The position numbers and the translations under genes were made by a program. DNA of 64,000 nucleotides. Origin: Torpedo marmorata. Lineage: Eukaryota. How positions within the stretch are numbered: position 1 is the first letter of the stretch; every line of letters begins with the position of its first letter. The notes below the pieces were generated by a model. That model made no database searches. It was not told the DNA's origin and was given only the letters and a program-made list of their open reading frames with translations. This document shows positions 37,721 to 50,530 of the stretch, piece after piece. Where the stretch lies: assembly GCA_977017645.1 (NCBI GenBank), contig OZ360243.1, positions 18,042,001-18,106,000 on the forward strand, given 5' to 3'.

Positions 37721-40609
37721 CCCTCTATTTTTGTGCTCTTCCACCTTGAGGAAATCTATGCCTCTCATGATTTTATAAACCTTTGCCTCCACTCTAGGGA
37801 AAACTATCCTAATATATCCAGTCTCCTTGTAACTCAAGCCCTCCAGTCCCAGTAACATCCTTTCATCACATTCGTCATTAGTGTGGTGACCAGAGCTACA
37901 CAAAGTATTCCAGGTGTAGACTCTCAAATGTCCTGTACATTATCCGATTGAAGGCAAGCGTGCTCTACACCTGCTTCACTGCAATGTCCATATTGTTGCC
38001 ACTTTTGGGGAACTATGTCAGTGTTTCCCTAGATCTCTGTTCTACAACACTCCCAGGGGCCTTGTTATTCACTATCTATGTTCTGCCCTGGTTTAATTTC
38101 CCGAAATTTGTCACTTTGCACTTGTCAGAGTTAAATTTCATTTGCCATTCCTTTGACCACTTTCCCAGTTGATCAAGATCATGTTTCAATTTTAGAATAC
38201 CTTCTCTGTCCACCACACCACCAAATTTGGTGTCGCCCACAAACTCGTGCAACCTACATTTTTATTCCAAATGTTAATCAGCCTCATGGAATTTATCCAC
38301 CTTTATGTGCCTGAAGACAGCCAACACTCACTTCCTCTTTCAAAATGTCAGTATGTTTAACAACATCTCATTTGTCTTTCTTGAATTTCCTAGCTCCTTG
38401 ACCTTCTCCACAGCAAATACAGACAAGAAATAGTAAATTAAGATCATTGAATAACTGTTGTTTCTCATGTAGTTCTTGGTTGTGATTATCTGTCCTAAAT
38501 CTCAGTTAATTTGCCAAATCAGCTTGTGGTTGAAATGAAGTCCTGAACAGTCTTCACATTGATTTTATTTTGGCTGTTGTTCCATGTTACTACAATATGA
38601 CATTAAATTGTCAATCATGCTTTTAGTGTACAGGTGCTGAAAATATAAAGTCAACTGTGGACCATTGCTAACACAAGGCAAGTTGCTTCTGGCAGCTTTT
38701 ATAATATTTAGACATTTTGCTCAGCTGCCCAAAATCTTCTGAGAACTTCCAAATCTTGGACAAATCCACAGTTTAATTATGAAGATATTTGAATGCCAAA
38801 GAAAGAGTTTTGTTTTAAGAAAACACATTAGTCCATTTTATTTCTGGTTAGTTAGTTCAGATGGCTCTGCAGGTGGTTTATGATCTGGAATTCACTTCCT
38901 TTAAGGATGGTGGGAGCAGAATGAATATCCAAAGGGAAATGGGTAAGCCCTGAGGGGGAAAGAGCAGAGAATGGGGCTGAAGCTTGTGTAGACTTTAGAG
39001 GCTGAATGATTGCCCACATATTTGCTATAATTTTATAGTCTTGGAATTTAGACCGGGTAAATGTGCAGGGATGATAGTGGAGATTGGCCATAATTAAATG
39101 GTGATATTGTGCCCCAGGTGCTAGTTCAGACCCTGCTTTAAATTCAGTTTGTTAAAAGATTCCATTTGTTTTGCTATATTCAGTGAGGTAAGTTCTGAAA
39201 TCACTCTGGTACTTGAGGTGCATATTCAATACAGTTGAAGGTGCATTTTGCATTGCTTGGCTAGCCACGTTTTTGCACCCCTCAAAATTTAAATTTACAG
39301 GTTAGCCTTTATAAAGGAGTCATTAGCAAAATGCGTAATGCCTTGTGATATTCTGAAGCAGGTGACTCATTGTGACTTAAAGGAGCTGATTCATTGGAGA
39401 TTTTGATGTCTGCATCGTGAGAGGAGTAAAGAGTAAAAAAACACATTTTTGTCAAGTTTCTTGGGAGCTGACCATTCATTAGCTTTCTTACCTGCTCATT
39501 TAAGTATAATGGATTTCTGCCTTGAATTTTGGGAACATTTCGGTTCATTTAATAATGACAATTTTTGTTTTAAAAAAAAAAAAAAAAAAAAAGTACTTCA
39601 TATTTTAAACAGTAATGAATTAAATACTGATGGAGTGAGTGCCTGTGGCATTCTGTTGTAATATTCTGTTGGAATGATTTCCTCTGGCAAGCATCTTTGT
39701 TTTGGGAGTTTTTGCAAGAATCAAATGGTTTTTAATTAATCATGATTGCATCTTTTGCTCCATTATCACTTACTTTTTCCAGCGACTTAATTGGAGTTTC
39801 AAATGTTCTCAACCTATCGTCCCAGATAGTTCTGTGAATCAGCAAAGTTGGCTGTAGTACGCACTAACCCTCATTCAAGTTGATTAAAAGGGTGGATGAA
39901 GCTCAAACACTGATGTTTGTGCAACTCTTGATTAAAATCTGACCAACCTTAAAGTTTTTGTTTTTACTGGACATGAACCAACTGTAAATCCTTGCTCAAG
40001 TTATGTTTCAAATCATTGTTCTGTACTAATTTTTGTAACCTCTTGTATGACACCAGGTAAATCGTATTTTATATTTAAGGTGGCAGTGTTCTCTGTACCC
40101 AGATCAAGATACATTTCTAAAACATTTGTGCACAAGGTTGGGATTTTTGAACATTGTTCAATTAGAAAATTTTAAATTAAGGTAACTCACAAAATAGAAT
40201 AAAATGGCTGTGTTATTAGTGGAAATCTGTCAAGAGGAGCTCTTAGACTAGAATTGACAGAAACTACTTGCAAATTGCTGACATTTTCCCTCTTAATCTG
40301 CAGCATGACACAGCAGTTCTGAAAAGCATGTGAGTAACCTGTAATATGCTCATTTTATGAGTCATGTTTCAAGATCATAATTCCAGGCTGTTTTACAGCT
40401 CCAATAACTTTTTCTGCAGTTTGAAAAATTAGTCACTCTTTTGACCTTCAATTAGTTTTGTATCTGAGAAAATTAACTGGTTGCCATCTAGTGGTGGTGT
40501 GAATCAGGCTGCATACTTCGTGGATTGATCAAAATTCTGGAGAAAAGCCAGGAATACAATAATGCTTAATTTGTATGTTCAGCAAGTGAGTGGTTTAACT
40601 GAAGAAAGT

Positions 40610-41230
40610 AAAAACACAAATTGCTGGAGAAACTCAGCTGGTCAAACAGTGTCCTTTATGTAGCAACGGTAAAAGTACATAACCGACGTTTCAGGCTTGA
40701 GCCCTTCATCAAGGTATGGAAGAATGTCGGCAGGCGTCCGAACAAAAGGATGGGGGGAAAAGGGGGCAAAGGCAGGAGATGATAGGTGGAGAAGGGAGGG
40801 GACAGCAGCGATCAGGGGGAGGAGGGATGGCTGGCTGGGTGGGGGGAGAACTGGAAAAACTGGAAAGGGGGAGGGGAAAAAAAGGCGAGTAGGTTAGCAG
40901 AAAGCAGAGAAGTCGGTTAATGCCATCTGGCTGGACGACTTCTCTGCTTTCTGCTAACCTGCTCGCCCTTTTTCCCCCTCCCCCTTTCCATTTTTTCCAG
41001 TTCTCTCCCTCCCTTCCCCTCCACCTACCCAGCCACCCCTCCTCCCCCTAATCGCTGCTGTCACCTCCCTCCCTTCCCCTCCTATCATCTCCTGCCTCCC
41101 CCCCCCCCCATCCTTTTGATCGGACGCCTGCCGACATTCTTCCATACTTTGATGAAGGGCTCAAGCCCGAAACGTTAGTTTTGTGTTTTTACTTCAACCA
41201 CGGTGTATACAAATTTTCGTGATTTACTTC
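40610..41230. mobile_element. Fold-back Penelope-derived element: two inverted terminal-repeat arms, each with a hammerhead motif
   Basis: Arms invert around a ~20-nt spacer at ~40916-40935; hammerhead motif on - at 40678-40718 and on + at 41143-41180; flanking direct repeat TAACTGAAGAAAGT (40596-40609, 41231-41244). Confidence 0.85.
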
Positions 41231-43597
41231 TAACTGAAGAAAGTGTCTTGTTTCTTTTTTTTTTTTGTAAAGCTTGTAACCTTTTCAATCTAATTCTACA
41301 TCTCAACGTGTAATGAAGTTTTAGACTTACGGCATTTTCCAAAGGGCTGGTTGCAATCTGTTGCTTTTTCCCATTCCTTTCTAACAGTTCAAAATCCGAT
41401 TAAATTGCCAGTCTTGCTTTTAGGGAACAGGTGCAGAAAGTGAAAAATGTCACTGCTGTAGTCAAGATTGGATTAAATTTTAATATCTGAGTTTGAACCT
41501 TGGGATAGATGTGGATTTCCCACTACCTTGGGTACTGAGCTGGGTTCCTGTGAGTCATCATTCCTTTTGATACATTTATAATTGATGCCCACTGTACTGG
41601 AGAAGTGGTGGATAAAGGAGAAACAATTGCAGTTGCTCACCCTACTGAAATTGGGTGGAAGGGTCAAAAGCCTGTTGAAGAGGGAGGAAAATTTGAGAAA
41701 GCAATGTTGCTATTAGAACTGCTGTGTCAATTGACTAATTCTTCATTCTTTGGCCTTCCATATGTGCCTCGTACTTTAATCAAGAAGTCTTGATTTTGTT
41801 CCAAATTCTAGTCACTACATCCATAAAGAGTTCTTGATATGTGTTAATTGTGATCTTTTTGCTCATCAGTAAATGTGTTCTACTATTCATGGACAGCACC
41901 CTTGGCCCTGGAATTTTCTTGTCAAACGTTGTAGCCTCGCAGGCATTTTTCTCCTCTGAGATTTGCCTTGATCACCCTCTTGGTTAGCGAGTTGTATCAA
42001 TGGGAGAGGTATAAAAATAACGTCAATCAATCAGCTATTAGTCAAGGAACAGTTTGTAGATTGCCACAAGTAATGATCAGCATTGCTTTGCTGACCCTCT
42101 GCTGCTTATTGAAACTGAATGCAATTGACCTGATGTCAAATAACAAAGCAACTTAAAACAAATATGCAAGACCAGCAGAAATCTACAAAGCTTTTTTGAT
42201 TCAGGCTAAACTCTTTCCAAGGAATATACACTCGATGTCTGCCCTGGGAGTACAATATTTCATCCATCCATACATGCAACAATGAGGTAACACCTGATTC
42301 AACTACAAGGGCAATTCCATGCTATCAGTTCCCAGCAAAATTTTTCATGGTATCCAACTGAATCTTTTTGTGCAGCACTTTAAATAAGGGTTTTCACCAG
42401 AACAATTACCGGTATTCCTTCAGATGAGGGTGTTGGACCTGAGAGCATTTGAAGCTCGTCGACTTTGGAGGGGAAAACAGGAATGGAATTCATATCTTTG
42501 TACCACTTTTATGACCTGACAAAAGCATCTTTTTTTCTTCCTGTATTCATATTTTTTTCACTTTGTGGCATCTTTAGTTTATACTTCTGTTAATGTGCTT
42601 TATGTAACTTGGAAACTGCAACATGCAAGACTTTCATTATACTTGTGTATTTGACAATAAACTCTTGTTCATTAACTCATTTTAGAGCCAACTAAGGAGA
42701 TCTGGCAAAATTTCGTTGCCTTTGGAAATATATGGCTGAGGTTCAGTATTTCAAAAATGGAATATTTGGTCATATTAGTCATCTGAAACACTCCCAATCC
42801 ATAGTGGAATATTACAGTGCTAATATCTTATGGCACTCCTAATCTCCCAGCCAGATATGGCTTTGTAGGCATGACAGAAAGATCATAATGGAAGAGGTTA
42901 TGTATTTGGAAAACAAAGCCAGGTTAAGAAGCTATTGTAATCTTCCTGTTCTTGATCATGGATTCCTGAATCATGAAAGCATGACTGAGCTTGTTGTCCC
43001 ACAGAGTATGTTGAGCATGTGATAGCTTGAATGCGCAAATTCACATCAAGATGAGTTGTGCAGCAGGTTAGATGTAACATCTGGAGTGTACCATCATAAT
43101 CATTATCAAATGCTGCAGGCGGTGGGCATTTACATCTCTGGCATTTCAAACAAGGAAAACGATTGAATTGCTAAAGCAATATGACCTTCAGATTAGATGC
43201 AAATGAATGTGATTGCAGATTTGTTGGTCAACAAACAAATCGCAAATGTTTCATGTTCACAATGAAAGCAAAATACGGGAAGGAAGGTGGTTGAGCAGTA
43301 TTTCCTCTCTCACTCCCATCACTCGTATGCATCTGTGCTTGTGCGGTATTTTGGTGTATGAATGCAAAATTTAGTTTGAAGATACTTTAAAATTGAACCA
43401 CACAAATCAGAAAAATTTTGCAGTGTGGCCTGCGTTCCACATGTCTACACCTTGTTGACAGTTCGTGTCACCAAGATGGCAAATGCGTAAAAGGGAAAAC
43501 ATTTGGGGATGGATATTTTTAAAGTATTCTTTTTATTCATACTTAATGCTTCATTGCAGGTGCTTGGTATAGGGAGAATCTTGTGCGTGATTCTCAC

Positions 43598-43915
43598 CAA
43601 TGGCACAGCTGTAGTGTTGGTGTCACACTACTCTCGTGACCGGTTTCATCCTGACCTTTTCCCATGTTTGAAATTTGTAACTGGATTTCCTCTGGGTGCT
43701 TTGATTTCTTCCCACTTCCCAATGATATATGGGTTCATAGGTTAATTGATCATAGATAATTGTCCTGAATGTTTTGGTGAGTGGTAGAATCTTGGGGGGG
43801 GGGGGGGTGGGGGAGAAGATGATGAGAATGAAATTGATGCGTAGCATTGGTATAAATAGGTATTTGATGGTTGGCATGGTGGGTTGAAGGTATGCCGTAT
43901 CACTCCAAACATGTA
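43598..43915 (+). mobile_element. Old V-SINE copy
   Basis: Degenerate head, GGATTTCCTCTGGGTGCT..TTTCTTCCCAC, ATAGGTTAATTG and tail GGCATGGTGGGTTGAAGG. Confidence 0.55.
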
Positions 43916-45704
43916 AAGAAGAGCAACTGTCTGAGAGAACAACCAAGGCAAAGCCAAATGCATAGTGTTCATCTTACAATAGCAGCAGAGCTGCAAATAA
44001 TCATGCAACCCAGAGCATTTCCTCTCTGTTTTCTTCAATTTAAAGAACCACCTACTGAGTGGCGACATGTTCACAAAAAACAAACAACGTCATGGTTATC
44101 TTTGAACTCAAAAGATAAATGTGCAAAATTGTGTTGAGTAATTTCATAATATGCCTTAATCAAAATTTTGATTAGAAATTCTTTTGAACCAGGTTCTATC
44201 TTTTCTGGCAAGAACTTGAAAGGTGGTTAGGGAATAATGTTACAAGAATGGCAGAAAACATGGGCTCTGATGTGAGGATGTAGAAATGCTGAGGATATAA
44301 AAATCATAAGGCAGTTTGGATCTGGGCAAAAGCTGTTAGTCATTTCATGTTATATTCTTCGTATTTATCCTTGGGTTCCTTTCTTAACCTAAAACCCCAA
44401 GCAACTGTTCAACAGAAAACTCAGGAGGAGAGTCTCATTATTATCTTGACTTTTCAGATAAAACTGACACCGGGTGTATTTGGAAGAATGTGTTGGTAGT
44501 ACAGAATGGTTTTACTTGATTTTTGCAACCAGTCCCAGTATGCTGAGCAATCGTTTTCCTGTATTCATTCTGAGTGGACGTTTGATTCTTTCTATTGGTG
44601 TCTATGTTATTGCACGGTAGAAAATGACTGGCCAACATAGGATCATGTCTGTGCACAGTTATTCAGAGCCAATAGTGAGATGACGAGTCACCAGATACCA
44701 CCAGACATTCTTGTTGGAGTTGATGAGCAAATGCTTTCTTTGCTTCAGGACTCCTTCATGTTCTACGGTGAATTGCAATGCACTATATGCTAGTGTAGCA
44801 AGTGTTTGACATCAGATAGTAAATTGTCAAATTACAGTTAAATTAATTGGCTGTCTGAGCTTAAATGCTGCCAGTGAAGCTTGGCAAAATTTTACCAGCT
44901 GCTCCTAGCAGCTCCTCTTCATAAAATGCCATTCCACTGCTTTTCCTTACGTTCTAACACTCTCCATACACGTTTCTCACTGTAACCCAATGCTCTTTCA
45001 CATTGCTCTTACCTTGTGACTTTGTACAGCTGAATGAATGTTAGAGTAGAGCTGTTAGACTACTCATTACCCTTCTCATTGTACCAGGTATAATGTGACA
45101 ATAAACGTGAAACTTGAGCACTTGAATTCTGTTCATCAGAAATCTGTTAACTTGTCCACAAGAGGGCAACCCAATCTCAATCTTTTATAAACAGATCTGT
45201 TTAAAAATATTCTGCTGGTTTTTCGCTTGCAGATTTTTTGAATAATATAATTCAAGATTATATGTAAAGAATTTGGATGGCATTCTTGAATAATCTCTGG
45301 AGATCCAAGTGAATTCAAAACTGCAGTTGCTGGAAATGTACAATAAAACAAAATAACTATCACCTGAAACATTAGATCTTCCCACAGGTGCAGTCTGACA
45401 TGAGTTTTTGCAGCAATTTCTGGATATCCAGTATCACTTACTTGATCAGAAACTGGTGTAATTCACTAAGTATATGGATGATGAGTTAGGGTGTCATTGT
45501 GGAAAGTAGGACATGTGTATAACCAATCCTCTCCCCAAATTTACAGAAGGACAAATGAGGAAAGTTAACCAGGAGTAGATGAGCCTTGAGGTAACCAAGG
45601 CATAGACAAGGGATTCTGCAGCAAGTCACCTGAAGTCAGAATGAAGTTAAAATAATCAGTGCAGCTACTATCTGGAGCTCCTCTTGGAGCACAGCAAAAG
45701 TAAT

Positions 45705-45927
45705 AGTAAATCACGAAAATCTAGACAACATGGTTGAAGTAAAGAAACACTTCTCCAGCATTTCTGGAGAAGCTCAGCAGGTCAAACAGTGTATTTTATG
45801 CAGCAAAGGTAGAAATACATAACCGACGTTTCGGGCTTGAGCCCGAAACGTCGGTTATGTATTTCTACCTTTGCTACATAAAAGACACTGTTTGACCTGC
45901 TGAGCTTCTCCAGCATTTGTGTTTTTT
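45705..45927. mobile_element. Short palindromic Penelope-derived element
   Basis: Near-perfect ~73-bp arms (45764-45913) around loop TTGA; flanked by AGCAAAAGTAAT / AGCTAAAGTAAT (12 bp, 1 mismatch). Confidence 0.85.
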
Positions 45928-48627
45928 AGCTAAAGTAATGTCTGGTTTTAGTTTTGTTGGAGTTGGTCAGGTGGTAAACTTTGTGATTGGGACTGTGGTT
46001 TAAAGAATGTCATGCTGTACAACCTGATAATAGATGGAAAGTTCAAGGGAAATGGTGGTTACCTTCACATATTTGGTGAGTTGGAAGAAATTGGCAAAGG
46101 AAAGTTGGCAGTAGCCATTTAGGACCGAGATGGGGCACCAGTGGAATTCTGTGACAGAAGGTAGTTGAGCCCAGTTATTATTCAAGAAGCAGTTTGGTAT
46201 GGTTTTGATGGGTAATGAAGTCAAGTCTATGAGCAAAAAAGTAAAAAGTGTGCTAAATTTGGAGATGATGCATGAGATTGAATGGCAGAGCGAATAACTT
46301 ATTCCTGTATTCTATGTTTTTATTGTATCAGTGATGGGCCCACTGATGTTCATGTAGTCCAGCCAATTCAGTTCAGTGGATGTGTACCGTGGAACCGAGG
46401 GAGCAGTGAGGAGGGCCAGGGAGAATGTCCAGGGTGCAAGTAATGGCTTCAAAGAGTTCCCAACCCAACAGAATGATGTATGTATGCATTTGTTGCATTG
46501 TATTCAAACACTTGGGGAGGCAGTTTGTAATATCGGACTTGCCATTTCTGATCCTCCTTCATAAATGAAGAAATGTCACTTGTGTTGTAAACAACTTCTC
46601 ATTATAATTTTAACTCAATTCAGTACTCTGGGGAAAATCAGCAAGTGCTTGATCAATGAAATGAAAGAACTCTACATTCTTACATGGGCATTGTGGCTGA
46701 CGTTGGTGTGGAGAGACAGCCTTTATAGTTTTGAAGCGTTTATAATCCTGCCCTTGATGCACACAAGTGATTGATCTACATCACACACAGCAGAGATCGC
46801 TGTTTGTTGAACATGAAGTGCATTACATTTTGTATTGACCAGATCAACTGGTGCTAATACTCTGAACTTGGATGACTCAAGGACACCTTTATGGTATGTT
46901 TTGTTTTGAGGAAGACTTTTCTAACAGCCGTTGAGAGCAACATAGCCTGGAGAGAAAATGATAGTACAGGTGGGAAATCAGTGGCAGGAGAGGAGCTTTG
47001 ATCAGCCTGAAAATGTGAATTAGGTTTTCATGAATGGGAAAATCTTTCAAAATATGATACAGGTGTCAAAGGGATTCTTTGCTACTCTGTTTTATTTCAT
47101 TGGAATAACCCAACTCTGCAGATAAATGTTAATTGCTGGATTTTATGGCTAATTGCAGACACTTCAATGTATTTAAATTGGAACAAGAATCAATTTTTGT
47201 CTCAGGTGTTGTTATTCTGTGAAATATTATTTTCCAAGCTTTCAATAGTTGTGTCGAACAGTACTTTCTATTATATAGAAAGTAACTCTGATTTGGCTTT
47301 CTATGCAGTGACCTGTAATTGCTTAAATGAATATTTGCACTGCCATTTCCAAACTTGCACTCTTGTGTGCCAGAGTCATATGATGTATCTTTTGAATGTC
47401 ATTTAGCTGCATGATTAGTCGATGAGCAATCTCATATTTGTTGCAAATTTTGCCTTCTGCTTTTGTAATTACCATAATTGATTAATGTTGCACATGAAAA
47501 ACTGAGTGTTAAAGGTATTTTATTCACTTCCAGGACTATTGGTTTGAGAGTAATTTTGGTTAGGTACTGCCTTCGTTATAAAAAAAAAATGTTGAATGCA
47601 TGAATCCATGGCTTCATTACATAATTTAATTTTGTGCAATAAACTTGTAGGGCTTAGTTTTGCCTTATCCGGCACACTGTTTGTGGTCCCAGCAATCCAC
47701 ACTTAAACTAAGATGGGTGCAAACAGCTTGCTCACTAACACTCTGCATCCAGAAAGCTTTCAGTGACGAGTGTGCTTCAGGAGGCATATACTAGGGCCCT
47801 GATCCTGGAGTACCCTGGCGTGCAAAACTGTGAACGACTTGCTTTATATTTATTAAATGCCCAGCTATTGGAAACTAATCAAAGCCACCAACATTGAGTA
47901 AATGAAATATGATAAATTATTTCAATTTAAAAATCAATAGAAATATTAAAACTAAAAGAACACAAACAAGTTTTCTGTTCTTAGAGTTTTGGGTCAAAGG
48001 GGTCGAATCCTCAGGATATTGCTGAGAGTGCCATGCATTGGAATTCATGTGGAGTCCTGAGGTGATGTGAAGTGACAGATATGTTGCTCAGTGTAACCAG
48101 GTCCCAGACTTGATTCATTTGAAAACCAATGACCACAGCGAGTACTCTCCTGAACAAAAATCTAGTGATTGCTGCTTCAGATTGTGCAATCCTGAATAAA
48201 ATTGTGCTAAAATATTTTTTGCTGTTTTGAGAGTCATCTAATGCATTAGAATCCAAGTAGATTGTGACCTGTATTGCAGAGGGCAGTGTAAGCAAATATC
48301 ACAAAAGTCCCTGGATTGTTTTGTATACCAGATTTCAACCATAAAATGCGTACATTGGAGAGCAGTGCACTTTTAGTGTTGGAGTGCTGGGAGATTGAGA
48401 GAAATATTTTTCGTCAGGCATTCTTGATCTCAAATAATTTTGCCTTGGAATTTAAGTGCACCGTCTACGAATTTGATTTTTACCAGTACTATACTCAAGG
48501 TTTTGCATTTGAAATGGAGATTTGTCAATTGGGTAATCTTTATTTTGGAAAGCATTCACTAGTAAAGGCAGCAAAATGCAAGTGCCCTTTAAATCGTGCA
48601 CTTGGTTCAAATTTCAGTCTTGTAAAA

Positions 48628-49425
48628 TTTCAGATTTTCAGATTCAGATTTCAGATTTATTGTCAGAGTACATACATGACATCACATACAACCCTGAGAT
48701 TCTTTTTTTCTGCGGGTGAGGCAGAATTACCACTTATTGGTAGTGCAAAAAAAAACTACACAGCGTATACATGTAAACAAATAAAGAACTGTAAACAGAT
48801 AATGAATGTAAAAAAACTGTGCAATACAGAGAGAATAAAAAAATCAATATAGTGCACAAGTAAGAGTCCTTAAGTGAGTCTCCGATTGAGTTTGTTGTTG
48901 AGGAGTCTGATGGTGGAGGGGTAGCAGCTGTTCCTGAACCTGGTGGTGCGAGTCTTATGGCACCTATACCTCTTTCCTGATGGCAGCAGCGAAAACAGTG
49001 CATGTGCTGGGTGGTGTGGATCCTTGATGATTGCTGCTGCTCTCCGACTGCAGCGTTCCCTGTTGATGTTCTCGACAGTGGGGAGGGTTTTGCCTGTGAT
49101 GACCTGGGCTGTGTCCACTACCTTTTTGGAGGGCTTTATGCTCAGGGGTATTGATTGGTGTGCCCATGCTAGACCGTGATGCAGCCGGTCAGCACACTTT
49201 CCACCACACATCTGTAGAAATTTGCCAGGGTTTCTGGTGTTGTACCAAACCTCTGCAAACTCCTGAGGAACGAGAGGCGCTGACGTGCTTTGTTCACAAT
49301 GCCATTAGTGTGTTGGGTCCAGGAAACACTCCCAAGAACTTAAATTTGCTCACCCTCTCCACCTCTGATCCCTCAATGATCACTGGATTGTATACCTCTG
49401 GCTTTCCCTTCCTGAAGTCAACAAT
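48628..49425 (-). mobile_element. Rex1/Babar-clade LINE 3' fragment with (TCTGAA)n tail
   Basis: ORF 48870-49211: IIKDPHHPAHALFSLLPSGKRYR..TTRFRNSCYPSTIRLLN; microsatellite-like tail TTCAGA repeats at ~48628-48657. Confidence 0.9.
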
Positions 49426-49467
49426 TATTGGATGTTTCCGAGAATTACATTTTCAATGTTTTTTCAG

Positions 49468-49535
49468 GTAATAGCACGGAGGAAAGAGGATTCTGGGAAA
49501 GTTAAAGTGCTGCTTCACTGGACACCGGAAGACAT
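49468..49535 (+). CDS. aebp2: AEBP2 coding exon (exon 6 equivalent): [22 protein letters not shown](I)
   Basis: TTTTTTCAG| ... AT|GTAAGT, 68 nt, phase 0-2; not in the ORF track, found by manual translation. Confidence 0.95.
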
Positions 49536-49629
49536 GTAAGTTTTTGAAACTAATGACCATATCCTTTACAGGTTGAAAATTGTGTTCATGTTCAAATGTT
49601 GCTTGAAAGGACAGGAGATCCAAAGTGAA

Positions 49630-50530
49630 TGGGGTATTTGATAGTTAAGAGGTGCAGGTGAGCATTTTTATACCCAGAGGAATTATTCCTGAATCTTGTG
49701 TTTACCTTTGTAGTGATGCGGTCAAGAATAACACTGAGCAGACATTAAGGTGTTGGTTGTTAATTTTGGTGCCATTTACAAAAGTCTTCATAATGGGAGT
49801 AGATGTGGTGGAGGAATTGAGAGAAAGGAATAGAATCCTTACAAGGAGACTAGATGGGAAGAAGTATAGTCAAGGTAACTGTGGGTGTTTGTGGGTTTAT
49901 AAAAGATGTCTGTAGATAGTTTGTGTCCCAAAACGGAGACAGAGAAATGGGCAAAGTGAATTAGAGGTCAGGGTGGAAGTTGGCAGCAAAGTGGATATGA
50001 CAAGTTCATCATGGGTGCAGGAGGGAGCACCAATGTAGTCATCAATGTAATGGAGAAAGAGGAGCCTTGCCTGTGTAGGCTTACAGCATGGATTGCTCCA
50101 ATGTAATGGAGAAAGAGGAGCCATGCCTGTGTAGGCTTACAGCATGGATTGATCCGCATATCTGACAAAAAAAAAGGCATAGCTGAGACCCATGCAAGTG
50201 CCCATGGGTCCTCATATTCTCTCCCATCACTTGGACAACTTTCATTTCCCTGGGCTAGTTTGCCTCGATTTCACCACGGTCGCCCAGTCCTTAGACACGC
50301 TCATTCCTCAAAGGCAGCCTCAAGGCTCTCCTTTTCCTGGATAACAGACCTAACCAGTTCCCCTCCACTACCACCCTCCTCTGCCTGACAGAACTTGTAC
50401 TTGCCCTCTAACTTCTCCTTTGGTTCATCCCACTTTCTCTAAATCAAAAGTATATCCATGGGCACTTGCACGTATCCCAGCTCTGCCTGTATTTTCGTGG
50501 AATATGTGGAGCAATCCATGCTGCAAGTGT
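49630..50530. mobile_element. Degenerate Penelope-like RT fragment with internal inversion and a 56-bp tandem duplication
   Basis: Minus strand LFLHYIDDYIG (PLE YIDD motif); from ~50210 the + strand carries the upstream RT region (ELVL..NFSFGSSHFL..SMGT..YVEQSM). Confidence 0.7.

Larger units (their letters stand above)
37530..38280 (-). mobile_element. Old CR1 fragment hosting the 127-bp PLE-derived insert
   Basis: CR1 motifs TTAAACCTATGCCCTCTA, CCCTCCAGTCCCAGTAACATCC, GACCAGAGCTACACAAAGTATTCCAGG, TTAAATTTCATTTGCCA. Confidence 0.7.

Noticed and set aside
41473-48852. Many short (60-180 aa) AT-rich ORFs in introns
   Set aside because: No recognisable domains or exon structure; consistent with random ORFs.
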